Source: Desulfatiglandales bacterium
GTDB lineage: Bacteria; Desulfobacterota; DSM-4660; Desulfatiglandales; Desulfatiglandaceae
Assembly: GCA_963666345.1 (NCBI GenBank)
Contig: OY762721.1
Location: 448,001-512,000, forward strand
Direction of reading: 5' to 3'
Length of the DNA: 64,000 nt
The notes under the pieces were generated by a model. It was not told where the DNA came from. It searched no databases and saw only the letters and a list, made by a program, of their open reading frames with translations. The position numbers were made by a program, and so were the translations under genes. Positions 1 through 10,042 of this stretch are shown piece by piece. Every line of letters begins with the position of its first letter. Position 1 is the first letter of the stretch.

Positions 1-355
1 TTTTCAGATTTACATTCAATACGGCATCCCAGTCGGCCTCCCTCATCCTCAGCAATAGGGCGTCCCTGGTTATTCCTGCGTTGTTAACGAGCACATCGAC
101 CCTCTTGAAACGCTCGAGGATATCTTTCATGAACTCATCCACGGCACCAAAGGATGAGGCATCAACCTTATGACTTTCCGCCTTGACTCCCTCTGAATTC
201 AAAATTGACAGGGTCTCATCGGCAGCGGTTTCATCCGGATCAAAGTGGGCTATTATTACTATCGCCTTCTCCTTAGCAAACTTAAGACACACAGATCGGC
301 CTATACCACGTGAACCTCCTGTTACTATAACCACTCTTGGATCACTACCGACCAT
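1..355 (-). CDS. fabG: 3-oxoacyl-ACP reductase (partial, runs off window start)
   Basis: Read manually: ATG at 355, MVGSDPRVVIVTGGSRGIG (SDR TGxxxGIG) and VDVLVNNAGITRD; follows plsX. Confidence 0.9.
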   Translation of the reverse strand, partial: MVGSDPRVVIVTGGSRGIGRSVCLKFAKEKAIVIIAHFDPDETAADETLSILNSEGVKAESHKVDASSFGAVDEFMKDILERFKRVDVLVNNAGITRDALLLRMREADWDAVLNVNLK

Positions 356-504
356 AAAATGCCCCCGTAAAAAAATGAAGAATTCCGGCCGAACCTCCAA
401 GGCCGGATTTTACAATGTCCAGGATGCCAAAATCAAGGTGCTGGAAACCTGCAACTTCAGAAATCAAAAGCTGCGGTTTACAATACTCAATTATCACAAT
501 TCAT

Positions 505-1533
505 TCATGCAGCCGGCTCATTCTTCAGCAGCGGTGTACTGTCTGAATCAAAGTTTTTCAGCTGATATGCCATTTTTTCGAGCACCCCTTTGCCGACATA
601 TTTGGCAGCCATAAAAATAGCGTTCTTAATCGCCCTCGGGGTGGAGCCTCCGTGGCATACTATGCCGACACCGTTTATTCCGAGGAGTGGGGCGCCGCCA
701 AATGCCTCGTAATTGAACCTGCTTCTCAGTTTTTCAAATGCCCCCTTACCGAGCAATACCGCCGCGCGTCCGCGTAAACTGCCTGCAAGTTCATCCTTGA
801 GGACCTTTGTCATTCCCTCTGCAACTCCTTCGGCAATCTTTAAGGCCACGTTCCCCACAAAACCGTCACATACTATTATATCCACATCACCGGTAAATAC
901 GTTTCGACCCTCAACATTTCCGACGAAATTGAGATGGCTTTGCTCAAAAAGCTCCCTGGTCATCTTTACCTGCTCATTACCCTTGCTTCCCTCCTCACCT
1001 ATACTGAGGAGCCCGATTCTGGGGCTTTCCATGGCAAGGCAAGAACCCGCAAAGGCCTGCGCCATTATTCCGAACTGGAAAAGATGCGACGGCCTGCAAT
1101 CCACGTTGGCACCCACATCTATCAGAACGACATCCCCATGTTCACCGGGGAATATACTCGCGATAGCGGGCCTCTCAACACCTTCAAGCCTTCCAAGAGT
1201 CAATATCCCGGCCGCAAGTGTGGCGCCTGAATTCCCAGCGCTCACTACAGCGTCGACATCTCCCTTTTTTACAAGATCAAAGGCCACTCTTATTGAAGAG
1301 TCCCTTTTTTTTCTTACAGCCTTGAGGGGCGCCTCTTCCATTTTCACCACCTCCCGGCAGTGATGGATTGAGATGTTGTTTTCCTGCAAACAGGGTCCCA
1401 GTTCTTTTCCGACAACATCCTTGTCACCGACAAGGATGATATCAATTCCCATCTCAGAGGCAGCCTCGACTGCGCCCCGCACGACCACTTGTGGAGCGTT
1501 ATCTCCACCCATGGCGTCCACGGCTACTTTCAT
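505..1533 (-). CDS. plsX: Phosphate acyltransferase PlsX
   Basis: VAVDAMGGDNAP, SAGNSGA, DVGANVD, CDGFVGN, GAPLLG motifs; next to rpmF. Confidence 0.97.
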   Translation of the reverse strand: MKVAVDAMGGDNAPQVVVRGAVEAASEMGIDIILVGDKDVVGKELGPCLQENNISIHHCREVVKMEEAPLKAVRKKRDSSIRVAFDLVKKGDVDAVVSAGNSGATLAAGILTLGRLEGVERPAIASIFPGEHGDVVLIDVGANVDCRPSHLFQFGIMAQAFAGSCLAMESPRIGLLSIGEEGSKGNEQVKMTRELFEQSHLNFVGNVEGRNVFTGDVDIIVCDGFVGNVALKIAEGVAEGMTKVLKDELAGSLRGRAAVLLGKGAFEKLRSRFNYEAFGGAPLLGINGVGIVCHGGSTPRAIKNAIFMAAKYVGKGVLEKMAYQLKNFDSDSTPLLKNEPAA

Positions 1534-1534
1534 G

Positions 1535-1717
1535 CTAGCTCTCTTTGGTCTTGATTATTGTCTTACCCCGGTAACTCCCGCACTCCGGACAAACATGATG
1601 GGGTAATACGGGCTCATGACACTGGGGACAGGTAGTGGACCCAGGCAGCGCGGTTCTGTCATGAGATCGTCTCGAATCTCTCTTTGCTTTTGATTTTTTC
1701 TTCTTTGGTACGGCCAT
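1535..1717 (-). CDS. rpmF: 50S ribosomal protein L32
   Basis: [18 protein letters not shown]...CPECG zinc ribbon. Confidence 0.97.
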   Translation of the reverse strand: MAVPKKKKSKAKRDSRRSHDRTALPGSTTCPQCHEPVLPHHVCPECGSYRGKTIIKTKES

Positions 1718-1788
1718 GACGTATAATCACCTTTCGATTAACTAGGATAAAACTGCCGCATGAACAGGCCTGAGGCACTTTCAAGGGG

Positions 1789-2316
1789 CTACCCCAAATT
1801 CAGCCCTTTCAGTTTCATGAAACCGGGGTGACCCGTTTCCTTATGACAGCAACAGTTAGCCCTGTTCAGGTTAACACCACAGACAGGGCAAAGGCCCCTG
1901 CAATTATCGCGGCATATGGTTTGAATAGCCAGAGACAAATAGATCTGCTCCTTCACGATATCATAGAGTTCTATCTCGTAGCCGCTTATGAAATCAATGT
2001 TCATGTCTTCTTCCAGAAGTTCCACTTCCTCCATTTCCTCTGCCGGATTTACGGAGGAAAGCAAAACATTGAAGACCGAATCTATCTCCCTGTCAAAGGT
2101 CTCAAGGCACCTGTCGCACTTGAGGGCAAGTATTCCCTCGATGCGACCCTGAACCGGATAACGGTTCTCCCGCCGTGAGATATTCAAATCCACCTTTAAC
2201 GGGCCATGAAAATCGATAATCTTATCTGTTTCCCCATGTCTCTGCCACCAATCTCCCTCGAAAACAAGATGAAACTCAAGTGGTTCATGAAGAACCTTTT
2301 TCAAATCGACAATCAT
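1789..2316 (-). CDS. yceD: YceD/DUF177 family protein
   Basis: CDRCL and CRGLCPVCGVNLN motifs; canonical position upstream of rpmF. Confidence 0.9.
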   Translation of the reverse strand: MIVDLKKVLHEPLEFHLVFEGDWWQRHGETDKIIDFHGPLKVDLNISRRENRYPVQGRIEGILALKCDRCLETFDREIDSVFNVLLSSVNPAEEMEEVELLEEDMNIDFISGYEIELYDIVKEQIYLSLAIQTICRDNCRGLCPVCGVNLNRANCCCHKETGHPGFMKLKGLNLG

Positions 2317-2491
2317 GGTGGACAGATCCTGTTAAGGAGCTCAATTTATTATTCATTCCAAAAATTAGTAAAACGTGAGTATATAAAACCCTTTTTTTTT
2401 GTCAAGGAAATTAATCGATATTACAAACATATCAAGGCACCGGGTAAAGTCTTTTGAAGATAAGGTAACCTCCCAATTTTTTTATTTTTTC

Positions 2492-2520
2492 TTGACACCT
2501 GCACTGCCTTGTGCTATTCG
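2492..2520 (+). promoter_or_regulatory. Probable sigma70 promoter for the 353-aa hypothetical gene
   Basis: TTGACA (2492-2497), 17-nt spacer, TATTCG with extended -10 TG. Confidence 0.5.
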
Positions 2521-2649
2521 TGAAATCGATTTTATTTCGACTCCGAGCCTCCTCCGCACCGAGTATTTCCGGCCTATGTTGCCATCCTTTATTCCTATGG
2601 GCTCGCGCGGAGCTAACCGTTAATATTCTTCTATTTCAGACAGTTATAC

Positions 2650-3711
2650 ATGTGGAGATATAGAGAAGCCTTAAATTACTACGAACGGGTAAGGCGCAGC
2701 CTTTACGAAGTCCTGAGAGATTCCCTTGAAAAGAGATTAATGAGGATTTCTCTTATCGATTCCTTCTACAACTACAACAAAAACGGCATTGAATACAGTT
2801 TTGTAGACAAAAGCGAACTCAAGCCGAAATCGAAAAAGATGGAGAAGGAGTCGGAATTTTTCAATACTTTTCTCGTTATATTCTGCGAAGGGATGGTTGA
2901 CAACCATCTGAAAAATTATCTCCGTTTCTTCCCTGAAAACAGTGCCGTCAAAAAAAACCTCGAGTACCTTGCAAACCTTACTATTTATAAGAATTTCAAC
3001 CGAAATATCAGGTATTTTGAAAGCCTTGGATTCCTTGATTTTATAAATGATCTGCTTGATATTGACTATGCGCTCCTGATACAACCTGATCCCAGCGTAA
3101 GGAAAAAGAACCGTTATTCCCTTACCCACCTTCATGTCAAAATCGATTGGCCCATTGCGGATGCTGCTGAAGACCTGGCCAGATGGTTGAGATACATCCA
3201 AAACAATCTCTACGAAAATGGCGACAAGCATGCCAGAATTCTACAAAACAAGCTCTTTGAATATTACGGTTGTCACCACAGTGTAGGCGGCCGCAGGACC
3301 GCCGGGCTGATAGCGGCCCAACTTCTTAGAAAACTTGATACCATAGCCACGGTATATGTATCGAGCTCCGAGTCAAGGGCCATGTATAAATATTCGGAAA
3401 GAGGCGTCTCAAAATTTTTTCTTATAAAGCTTACCAAACACCAGGTATCCGCCCTGGCGCAAAAAGAAGGCAAAGACGTTGATACTTTCGCGGAAAATTA
3501 TCTTTATCCGGCGGATGGATATCACGTTGGAATCTCACAGGCATCCTATTCTCATACCGCCCACTCAAAACCGCCGGAGGATGGAAGGCTCAGGAGGCTG
3601 AAGCCGGCCTATAACTGGCTTAAACTGCGTGAGGAATTATTGCACCCCAAAGGCAATGCACTCTCTTCAAAACCTGTCAGCTATGCCTGGGTTTATTCAG
3701 ACTCATTATGA
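2650..3711 (+). CDS. Hypothetical protein (353 aa), no recognised family
   Basis: Long uninterrupted ORF with its own promoter and natural globular composition. Confidence 0.8.
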   Translation: MWRYREALNYYERVRRSLYEVLRDSLEKRLMRISLIDSFYNYNKNGIEYSFVDKSELKPKSKKMEKESEFFNTFLVIFCEGMVDNHLKNYLRFFPENSAVKKNLEYLANLTIYKNFNRNIRYFESLGFLDFINDLLDIDYALLIQPDPSVRKKNRYSLTHLHVKIDWPIADAAEDLARWLRYIQNNLYENGDKHARILQNKLFEYYGCHHSVGGRRTAGLIAAQLLRKLDTIATVYVSSSESRAMYKYSERGVSKFFLIKLTKHQVSALAQKEGKDVDTFAENYLYPADGYHVGISQASYSHTAHSKPPEDGRLRRLKPAYNWLKLREELLHPKGNALSSKPVSYAWVYSDSL

Positions 3712-3713
3712 CA

Positions 3714-3968
3714 TCAGTGGTAATCGGTACTCTCCACAATTTTTTCAAGACCCCAGACATCTTTTTCCCTGTTCCGGACCAACATATATATGTGTCCGTC
3801 ATCGCCGAGCACCTTGAAATAATCGCAGTCCTGTCCGTACCGCCTTTCCAGGATCTCACTTATATCTACCCTGCTCTTTTCCAGGATAAAAGACAAAGGC
3901 ATCTCATTTGCCTTGTATCCCGAATGGCAGACAACCTCTACCTCATTCTTACCTCTATCGGGCTTCAT
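3714..3968 (-). CDS. Small hypothetical protein (possibly DUF6504-like)
   Basis: ATG at 3968 after AGGGGG SD; SGYKANEMP...YFKV.GDDG..Y.L pattern. Confidence 0.65.
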   Translation of the reverse strand: MKPDRGKNEVEVVCHSGYKANEMPLSFILEKSRVDISEILERRYGQDCDYFKVLGDDGHIYMLVRNREKDVWGLEKIVESTDYH

Positions 3969-4263
3969 ATTGTCCCCCTGGCCGTTCTTTAAAATACTGT
4001 CTGCATCCCACAAGCGGAGGTGCCTGGGCTGTTTCAGAAGGCCTTATAACCGGACAAAAAAACCGAGAAAGGCGTGAAACGACTCATAGCCTCGACTCGA
4101 ATCCCTGAATCTCTATACAGAACATCCTATCCTTAATGCTCCTCCGGATCAACAATATGGGCAGCATTACCGGATCATTCAACATCATGAGAACCCGAAT
4201 CCACCATCTAATCCAGATACCGGACTGAAGACAAATGGATTTGGGGGAATCCACGGTCACCGG

Positions 4264-4345
4264 CAAGGTGTCAGATTTAAGGCGCCAAGGAGGACCGAGA
4301 CCTATGACCTATAAGTTGCGCATCGCCTTTTTTATGGTGGATCAG
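4264..4345 (+). repeat. Short degenerate intergenic repeat, copy A
   Basis: CAAG-N11-AAGGC ... GGTGGATC architecture shared with 18898-18974 and 33143-33228. Confidence 0.5.
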
Positions 4346-4540
4346 GGAGAACCCTCTTGAGTACTCTTCACCTCTGTGCTAGACTGCGGCACATTTTTTG
4401 GCTGTTTTGCAAAATCCGATATTTCCCCTGACAACGGCCCGGTTTTAAACGTGGAGCCATCGTTTCCAGCTGCAATAACAGCCCTTAACGATCAGAAAAC
4501 CTGCAAAATTATAATGTGTGACGGAGGACTTAACCAAGAG

Positions 4541-5947
4541 ATGGATGAAGAAAAGATTGTAACCAGATTTCCCCCCAGTCCTACTGGGTATCTTCATATA
4601 GGCGGTGCCAGGACAGCGCTCTTTAATTGGCTTTTTGCGAGAAAAACGGGCGGGAAATTCATACTCAGAATCGAAGACACCGACAGGGAAAGGTCTTCAG
4701 AAGAGGCCACGACCGCGATACTGGAGTCAATGGAATGGCTCGGCCTGGACTGGGATGAAGGCCCATATTTTCAATCGCAGCGCTATGATATCTACAATGC
4801 GGCGATCGATCGACTTTTGGCAAGCGGCATGGCCTACCACTGCCACTGCACCCCTGAAGAGCTTGAAGCGAAAAGAAAGAAAGCAAGGGGAAAAGGCCTT
4901 AAGCCCAAATACGACGGGAAATGCCGCGATCTGGGGCTCGGACCCGCTCCCGGTTCCGTCATAAGGCTCAAGACACCCCTTTCAGGTGTAACAAGGTTTG
5001 AAGATCTTATAAAGGGTACTATAAGTTTTGATAACGACGAATTGGATGACCTCATCCTTAAACGATCCGACGGAAGTCCGACCTATCACATGGCGGTTGT
5101 GGCAGATGATATAGATCTGGGCATAAATTACGTGATAAGAGGGGACGATCATGTGAACAACACCCCCCGCCAGATACAGATCTACATGGCACTCGGGGAA
5201 TCGCTGCCCAAATATGCCCACGTGCCCATGATACTCGGCCCCGACAAGACAAGGTTGAGCAAGAGACATGGAGCCACTTCGGTCCTGGCATACAGGGAAA
5301 TGGGATACCTGCCCCAGGCCCTGTTGAACTCTCTGGCAAGGCTGGGATGGTCATACGGAGACCAGGAAAAATTTACAAGGGAGGAACTCATCGAAAAATT
5401 TTCCCTCAAAAACGTGGGAAAATCCGCAGGTGTATTTAACGCGGAAAAGCTCCTCGATCTCAATGCAAGGTATATAAGAGAGACCCCGGATGAAAAGCTT
5501 GCCGAAGAGGTGATAACCGGTCTTCAGGGACTCGGTCTAAATGATATTGATATGCCTAAGCTGATAAAGGCCGTTACGACCCTTAAACCAAGGAGCAAAA
5601 CGATCATAGACATGGCGGAAAAGGCCTCGTTCTATTTTGTAAAAGAGCTGAGGTATGAAAAAAAGGGAGATGACAAATTTTTCAAACCTGAGGTAGCGGC
5701 CCTTCTTGAGGATCTTGCAGAAAGGCTCACAGGGATTTCCGGCTTTGAACAGAAAGACCTGGAGGATATATTTTCAAAATTCCTGGAAGAAAAGGAGATC
5801 AAGCTGAAGGTGATAGCCCAGCCCCTCAGGCTGGCGCTGACCGGGACGACGGTGAGTCCGGGCATTTTCGAGGTTATGGAGGTCCTGGGCAAAGAGGTCT
5901 CTATTGAACGAATAGGAAAGGCGATAAGCCATATCAGAAACAAATAG
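4541..5947 (+). CDS. gltX: Glutamate--tRNA ligase
   Basis: RFPPSPTGYLHIGG (HIGH), LRIEDTD, IRGDDH, LSKR (KMSKS); start moved to ATG 4541. Confidence 0.97.
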   Translation: MDEEKIVTRFPPSPTGYLHIGGARTALFNWLFARKTGGKFILRIEDTDRERSSEEATTAILESMEWLGLDWDEGPYFQSQRYDIYNAAIDRLLASGMAYHCHCTPEELEAKRKKARGKGLKPKYDGKCRDLGLGPAPGSVIRLKTPLSGVTRFEDLIKGTISFDNDELDDLILKRSDGSPTYHMAVVADDIDLGINYVIRGDDHVNNTPRQIQIYMALGESLPKYAHVPMILGPDKTRLSKRHGATSVLAYREMGYLPQALLNSLARLGWSYGDQEKFTREELIEKFSLKNVGKSAGVFNAEKLLDLNARYIRETPDEKLAEEVITGLQGLGLNDIDMPKLIKAVTTLKPRSKTIIDMAEKASFYFVKELRYEKKGDDKFFKPEVAALLEDLAERLTGISGFEQKDLEDIFSKFLEEKEIKLKVIAQPLRLALTGTTVSPGIFEVMEVLGKEVSIERIGKAISHIRNK

Positions 5948-5965
5948 GGTCCAGACGATATTTTT

Positions 5966-8326
5966 CTACTCGATATAGACCGGCTCCTTAAGTATCAGAT
6001 CAATACCCTCTCTAGCCACGGAGGTAAGTGCGGGGTGGGTCTCGCTGAGATTCATGACCTGTCTTAAATGGTCTGCTGTCCTCATGATGAGAGAGGCCAT
6101 ATCACCTTCATCTACAGGTACGATTTCAAGAAGTTTTTCCCAGGTAGCTCCCTTTACCCATAGATATAGGGCGATCGAGGGCCAGGAAAGAAGAGGAGGA
6201 TTGCTGAAACCCTTTTTTTCTTTCCTGAGTCTTATATCTTCTATAAGTTTCATTATGGTATCAAAAAGCTGTTTCGGAACTGAAAGATCTTTACCTTCGG
6301 GAAGGATAATCTCCAGATCCTGCTCCCTGTCCCATACAAACGGGGCAAGACCGCTTGCAAGGGCCTCAGGAGTGCAGCCCTTAAAGGCATCCTTTCTGAT
6401 CGCCTCTGCAATCAGAAGAGGCTGATCGAGCCTAAGGTTTGACGCCCATACGCCATCGTCGGTTAGATGGTCCTTTTCATCTACAAATCCGGTCTCTTTT
6501 AAGAAGTTCAGGTGCGCCTTGAAACTGAGCCACAGTCCTGTGCCCGTATCCTGCGCGACAAAGGCTATCGAACCGAACCGGCCCAAAAGGTGCCCCAGGC
6601 GTCCTTTCTTTTGCGAATGGCACAGCCTGAAATGCGCGCAATCCCTGCATGGAAAAGACTCTAGTCTTTCAGACAGTTCATGCAGTTCTTCGCTGGAGTC
6701 GACTCCCCTGTCCTGTCTCCTTATGCGTCTGATATCTCTTTTTATGTCCCTGCGCCCTTTGATATATTCAGTTATTTCATATGGATTATCAAAATTACAG
6801 GCAGCTTCAGGAAGCATCTTTTCTATTTCACCTATGATCCTGTTCAGCCTTTTTTCATTGGCAGTGCCGGTCGCGCGTTCCTGAAACGCGGCAAACGAAA
6901 GCTCAAGAAGCTCCCTTATCTCATCCGGGGCATGGGAGCGAAGCAGGTTGAGCGTCATGGAAAAATTGATATGGATCTGGCTCATCACCGGTTCGGGCGG
7001 CCCCTTTTGCAACTCATAGACCAGCTTGGGGTTCTGATACCTGGCAGGTACCAGGAGCACGAAACCTATGTTGTCCTTACCGCGCCTGCCCGCCCTGCCT
7101 ATCATTTGATGCAGATCCGTGGCCGTCAAATCGGCGAACTCCCTGCCGTTAAACCTGTCGCTCTGAAGAAGGACAACGGTCCGGGCGGGGAAATTGACGC
7201 CTGCGGCAACGGTTGATGTGGAAAAAATCGCCTCCAGATACCCTTTTTTCATCATTTTCTCGATGAAAATCTTCCAGAAAGGCAATTGCCCACCATGATG
7301 TGAACCCACGAGCGCATCTTCAAGAGGACCGAGTTGCCGGTGTCTTTTAAGATGCGGGTAATTTTTCAGAAAACTGTCTGCTGCATTTTTCACCAGGACC
7401 TTATGTTCAAAATGCACCTCCGCATTGGGGCAGCTCAGTACTGCCCTGTCACAGTCAGCCCGTGACTTGAGGAAGAAAATGGCGGGAAGCAGGTCATATT
7501 CCCTGAGACAGTTGATTATCGCTCCGTAATCTATCTTTTCAGGCCTCAGTCTTCCGACCTTTCTGTTTCCCATGAACTTCTTTATCCTGGAATTCAGACC
7601 ACTTTTCCCTCCCAGAGGGGCAATATGACCTTCGGGAAAAAGAAATAGCATCTCCAGCGGTACGGGACGCTCTTCCGCCTTAACCACCCTGTTGGGGGTT
7701 TCTCTTATTTGTCTGAGCCATCCGCAGATTTCCCGTCCGTTTGATATAGTAGCGGAAAGGAGAAGCAGCCTGACGCGGGCCGGAAGATATATCAGGACCT
7801 CTTCCCAAACCACCCCCCTGTCGGGATCGCTCAGATAATGAGCCTCATCCATGACAACCATGTCGCATCCAAGGCTGGTCCCCTGGTGCATGGCATCATA
7901 CAGCTGGTTTCTGAGTATCTCGGTAGTTCCTACAATTACAGGAGCGTCCAGGTTTTCCTTACGGTCTCCTGTAAGGATACCGCAATGATCCCGCCCGAAC
8001 TCACGACAGAAGTCCTGATAGATTGAATTTGAAAGTGCCTTCAGAGGCGAGGCATACCATACCCTTTTCCCCTCAGACAGGTAGTGACTTATAGCCTGTT
8101 CGGCTATCCAGGTCTTTCCCGCACCCGTGGGGGCGCTTACAAGGACATCGTAATCCTCGATCAGCTCAAGGGCCTCCTTCTGAAAGGGGTCCGGCCTGAA
8201 AGGTTCATCAGCAGGAACCCCTATCCTCTTAAAAACCGGCTTCAGTTCAGGTGCGATACCAGGTTTGGTAAATTGAAAATCCCTTTTGCCCCATCTTCCT
8301 TGGGGAGCTCTTTTCCTTCCAGACAC
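5966..8326 (-). CDS. Ski2/HelY-like DEAH-box RNA helicase
   Basis: APTGAGKT, PLKALSN, DEAH, LSAT, QMIGRAGRRG; DSHCT-like C-terminus. Confidence 0.9.
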   Translation of the reverse strand: MSGRKRAPQGRWGKRDFQFTKPGIAPELKPVFKRIGVPADEPFRPDPFQKEALELIEDYDVLVSAPTGAGKTWIAEQAISHYLSEGKRVWYASPLKALSNSIYQDFCREFGRDHCGILTGDRKENLDAPVIVGTTEILRNQLYDAMHQGTSLGCDMVVMDEAHYLSDPDRGVVWEEVLIYLPARVRLLLLSATISNGREICGWLRQIRETPNRVVKAEERPVPLEMLFLFPEGHIAPLGGKSGLNSRIKKFMGNRKVGRLRPEKIDYGAIINCLREYDLLPAIFFLKSRADCDRAVLSCPNAEVHFEHKVLVKNAADSFLKNYPHLKRHRQLGPLEDALVGSHHGGQLPFWKIFIEKMMKKGYLEAIFSTSTVAAGVNFPARTVVLLQSDRFNGREFADLTATDLHQMIGRAGRRGKDNIGFVLLVPARYQNPKLVYELQKGPPEPVMSQIHINFSMTLNLLRSHAPDEIRELLELSFAAFQERATGTANEKRLNRIIGEIEKMLPEAACNFDNPYEITEYIKGRRDIKRDIRRIRRQDRGVDSSEELHELSERLESFPCRDCAHFRLCHSQKKGRLGHLLGRFGSIAFVAQDTGTGLWLSFKAHLNFLKETGFVDEKDHLTDDGVWASNLRLDQPLLIAEAIRKDAFKGCTPEALASGLAPFVWDREQDLEIILPEGKDLSVPKQLFDTIMKLIEDIRLRKEKKGFSNPPLLSWPSIALYLWVKGATWEKLLEIVPVDEGDMASLIMRTADHLRQVMNLSETHPALTSVAREGIDLILKEPVYIE

Positions 8327-8422
8327 GAAATGACGATTCTTATTCGTAACGGTTCACCAGCCTTCCCTTTGCTATCTCAAAGTGATGTGAGAATGCGTTT
8401 TGAAAACATGCCTGCGAAAGAC

Positions 8423-10042
8423 CTACCTGACAAGCTCGGCCGCAACCGAATCCATGTCTCTACTTCGCTTTTTAACTGCAAGACCCAGGTCAATTGATTT
8501 GAGTACCGGCTCGATTTCGGCCAGTTCCTTATCAAAACCTCGGGCAATCCTGCTACCGTTAATATAGGCCTTTTCAGCGACATCACCAGCGAAAATTCTT
8601 GCAACGGCATTCATGTATTCCGAAGTACTTCCCTGGCTTTCATCATAATGGGCCGCCTTTTTACACATTGCGCCCCCTACCTCGCACCAGGTCATGATAT
8701 CCGCAAGAAGGAACATAAGATGCTGCGATTTTGTAAGCTTATTTTTTCTTGCCTCCAGGATCATCCGGTTGAGAGCCCTGACAGATTTAGCCAAGACGGG
8801 CCCACCGCATTCATCAGGAAGCTCATCAAGACCCTTTGCCATCTCCTCGTAATAGGCACCTTTTGAGCGAACCGTGTCTCTCATTCGGAACATGGAGATT
8901 ATATTCTGCTGAATCTCGCTTGTCCCCTCATATATGGTAAGGATCTTGACATCTCTTTTGATCTTTTCCACCTCATACTCACGCGTATATCCATATCCCC
9001 CAAAGGCCTGAATACCGTCATTGGCAGCGGCATCCCCCGCCTCGGTGGCGAAATACTTTGCGATTGATCCCTCGACCTGCAGATCATCATCAACCGTGTC
9101 AAGACGCTTAGCTACCATCTCGATATACGCACGCGCCGCCGCAAGGCTGACCGCATGAGGAACCAGAAGCTTATGCGTGTACCCCTGTTTTTCACATAGA
9201 AGCGTTCCGAACTGGGTCCTTTCCTTTGAATATTTAACGGCCCTCTCCAGAGCCGCCACTCCTCCTCCCAGACCGAAGGTTGCGACCATCAATCTTGTAT
9301 AGCCGAACACCTTGTTGGCCTGTTTCAGACCCTGCCCTTCTATGCCTCCAACCAGATTCTCAGCCGGAACATAGAGATCCTCAAGCGTCAGTGCGCAGGT
9401 GTCCGAGGCCCTTATTCCATGCTTATCCTCATGCCTTTCAGGCACAAGCCCTTCAGATCCGCCTTCGACTATAAAAAAGGAGGGGCCCGACGGGGTATCG
9501 GCAAGTATTGTATAAAGATCCGCTACTCCGCCGTTTGTGATAAACTGTTTCCTTCCGTTTATCTTATAACCGGTTACTGAACCGTCATCACCCAGCACCC
9601 TGTCCGCCTTTGTCTTCAGGGACTGCACATTTGAACCCGCATCCGGTTCGGTAACCGCATAGGCCACGACAAGGCCCTCTCCTGCTATTTTACCGATATA
9701 TTTCTCTTTTTGGACATCCGTGGCACCCACCCTTATCGGATCCATACCTAGGCATATTGCGAGAAAAGAGGTGGCAACCGCAAGATCGATCTTTGCCATT
9801 TCCTCACTTACTATAGCGATTTCAGCAGCTCCCGCACCCAGGCCGCCATATTCTTCAGGAATAAATATCAGGTGAAGTGCAATCTCCGGCCCGAGCATAA
9901 ATCTTATCAGTTCATGGGGAAATACCCCTTTTGAGTCCATGTCCAGCTTTGTCTCAAGTGGGATTCTTTCCTTTTCCAGCTTTTTCAATGTGTCAAGGAC
10001 CATTGAAAAGACTTCCTGATCCATTTTTCCAGTTTGAACCAT
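8423..10042 (-). CDS. Acyl-CoA dehydrogenase with C-terminal extension
   Basis: PEEYGGLG, AVTEPDAGS, GRKQFITNG, GIQAFGGYGY, IYEGTSEIQ; AGGAGGG SD before ATG 10042. Confidence 0.93.
   Translation of the reverse strand: MVQTGKMDQEVFSMVLDTLKKLEKERIPLETKLDMDSKGVFPHELIRFMLGPEIALHLIFIPEEYGGLGAGAAEIAIVSEEMAKIDLAVATSFLAICLGMDPIRVGATDVQKEKYIGKIAGEGLVVAYAVTEPDAGSNVQSLKTKADRVLGDDGSVTGYKINGRKQFITNGGVADLYTILADTPSGPSFFIVEGGSEGLVPERHEDKHGIRASDTCALTLEDLYVPAENLVGGIEGQGLKQANKVFGYTRLMVATFGLGGGVAALERAVKYSKERTQFGTLLCEKQGYTHKLLVPHAVSLAAARAYIEMVAKRLDTVDDDLQVEGSIAKYFATEAGDAAANDGIQAFGGYGYTREYEVEKIKRDVKILTIYEGTSEIQQNIISMFRMRDTVRSKGAYYEEMAKGLDELPDECGGPVLAKSVRALNRMILEARKNKLTKSQHLMFLLADIMTWCEVGGAMCKKAAHYDESQGSTSEYMNAVARIFAGDVAEKAYINGSRIARGFDKELAEIEPVLKSIDLGLAVKKRSRDMDSVAAELVR

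Noticed and set aside
4014..4540. tRNA genes near gltX; also GGTTCGA hits at ~10444 and ~32481
   Set aside because: No cloverleaf can be folded around any of them
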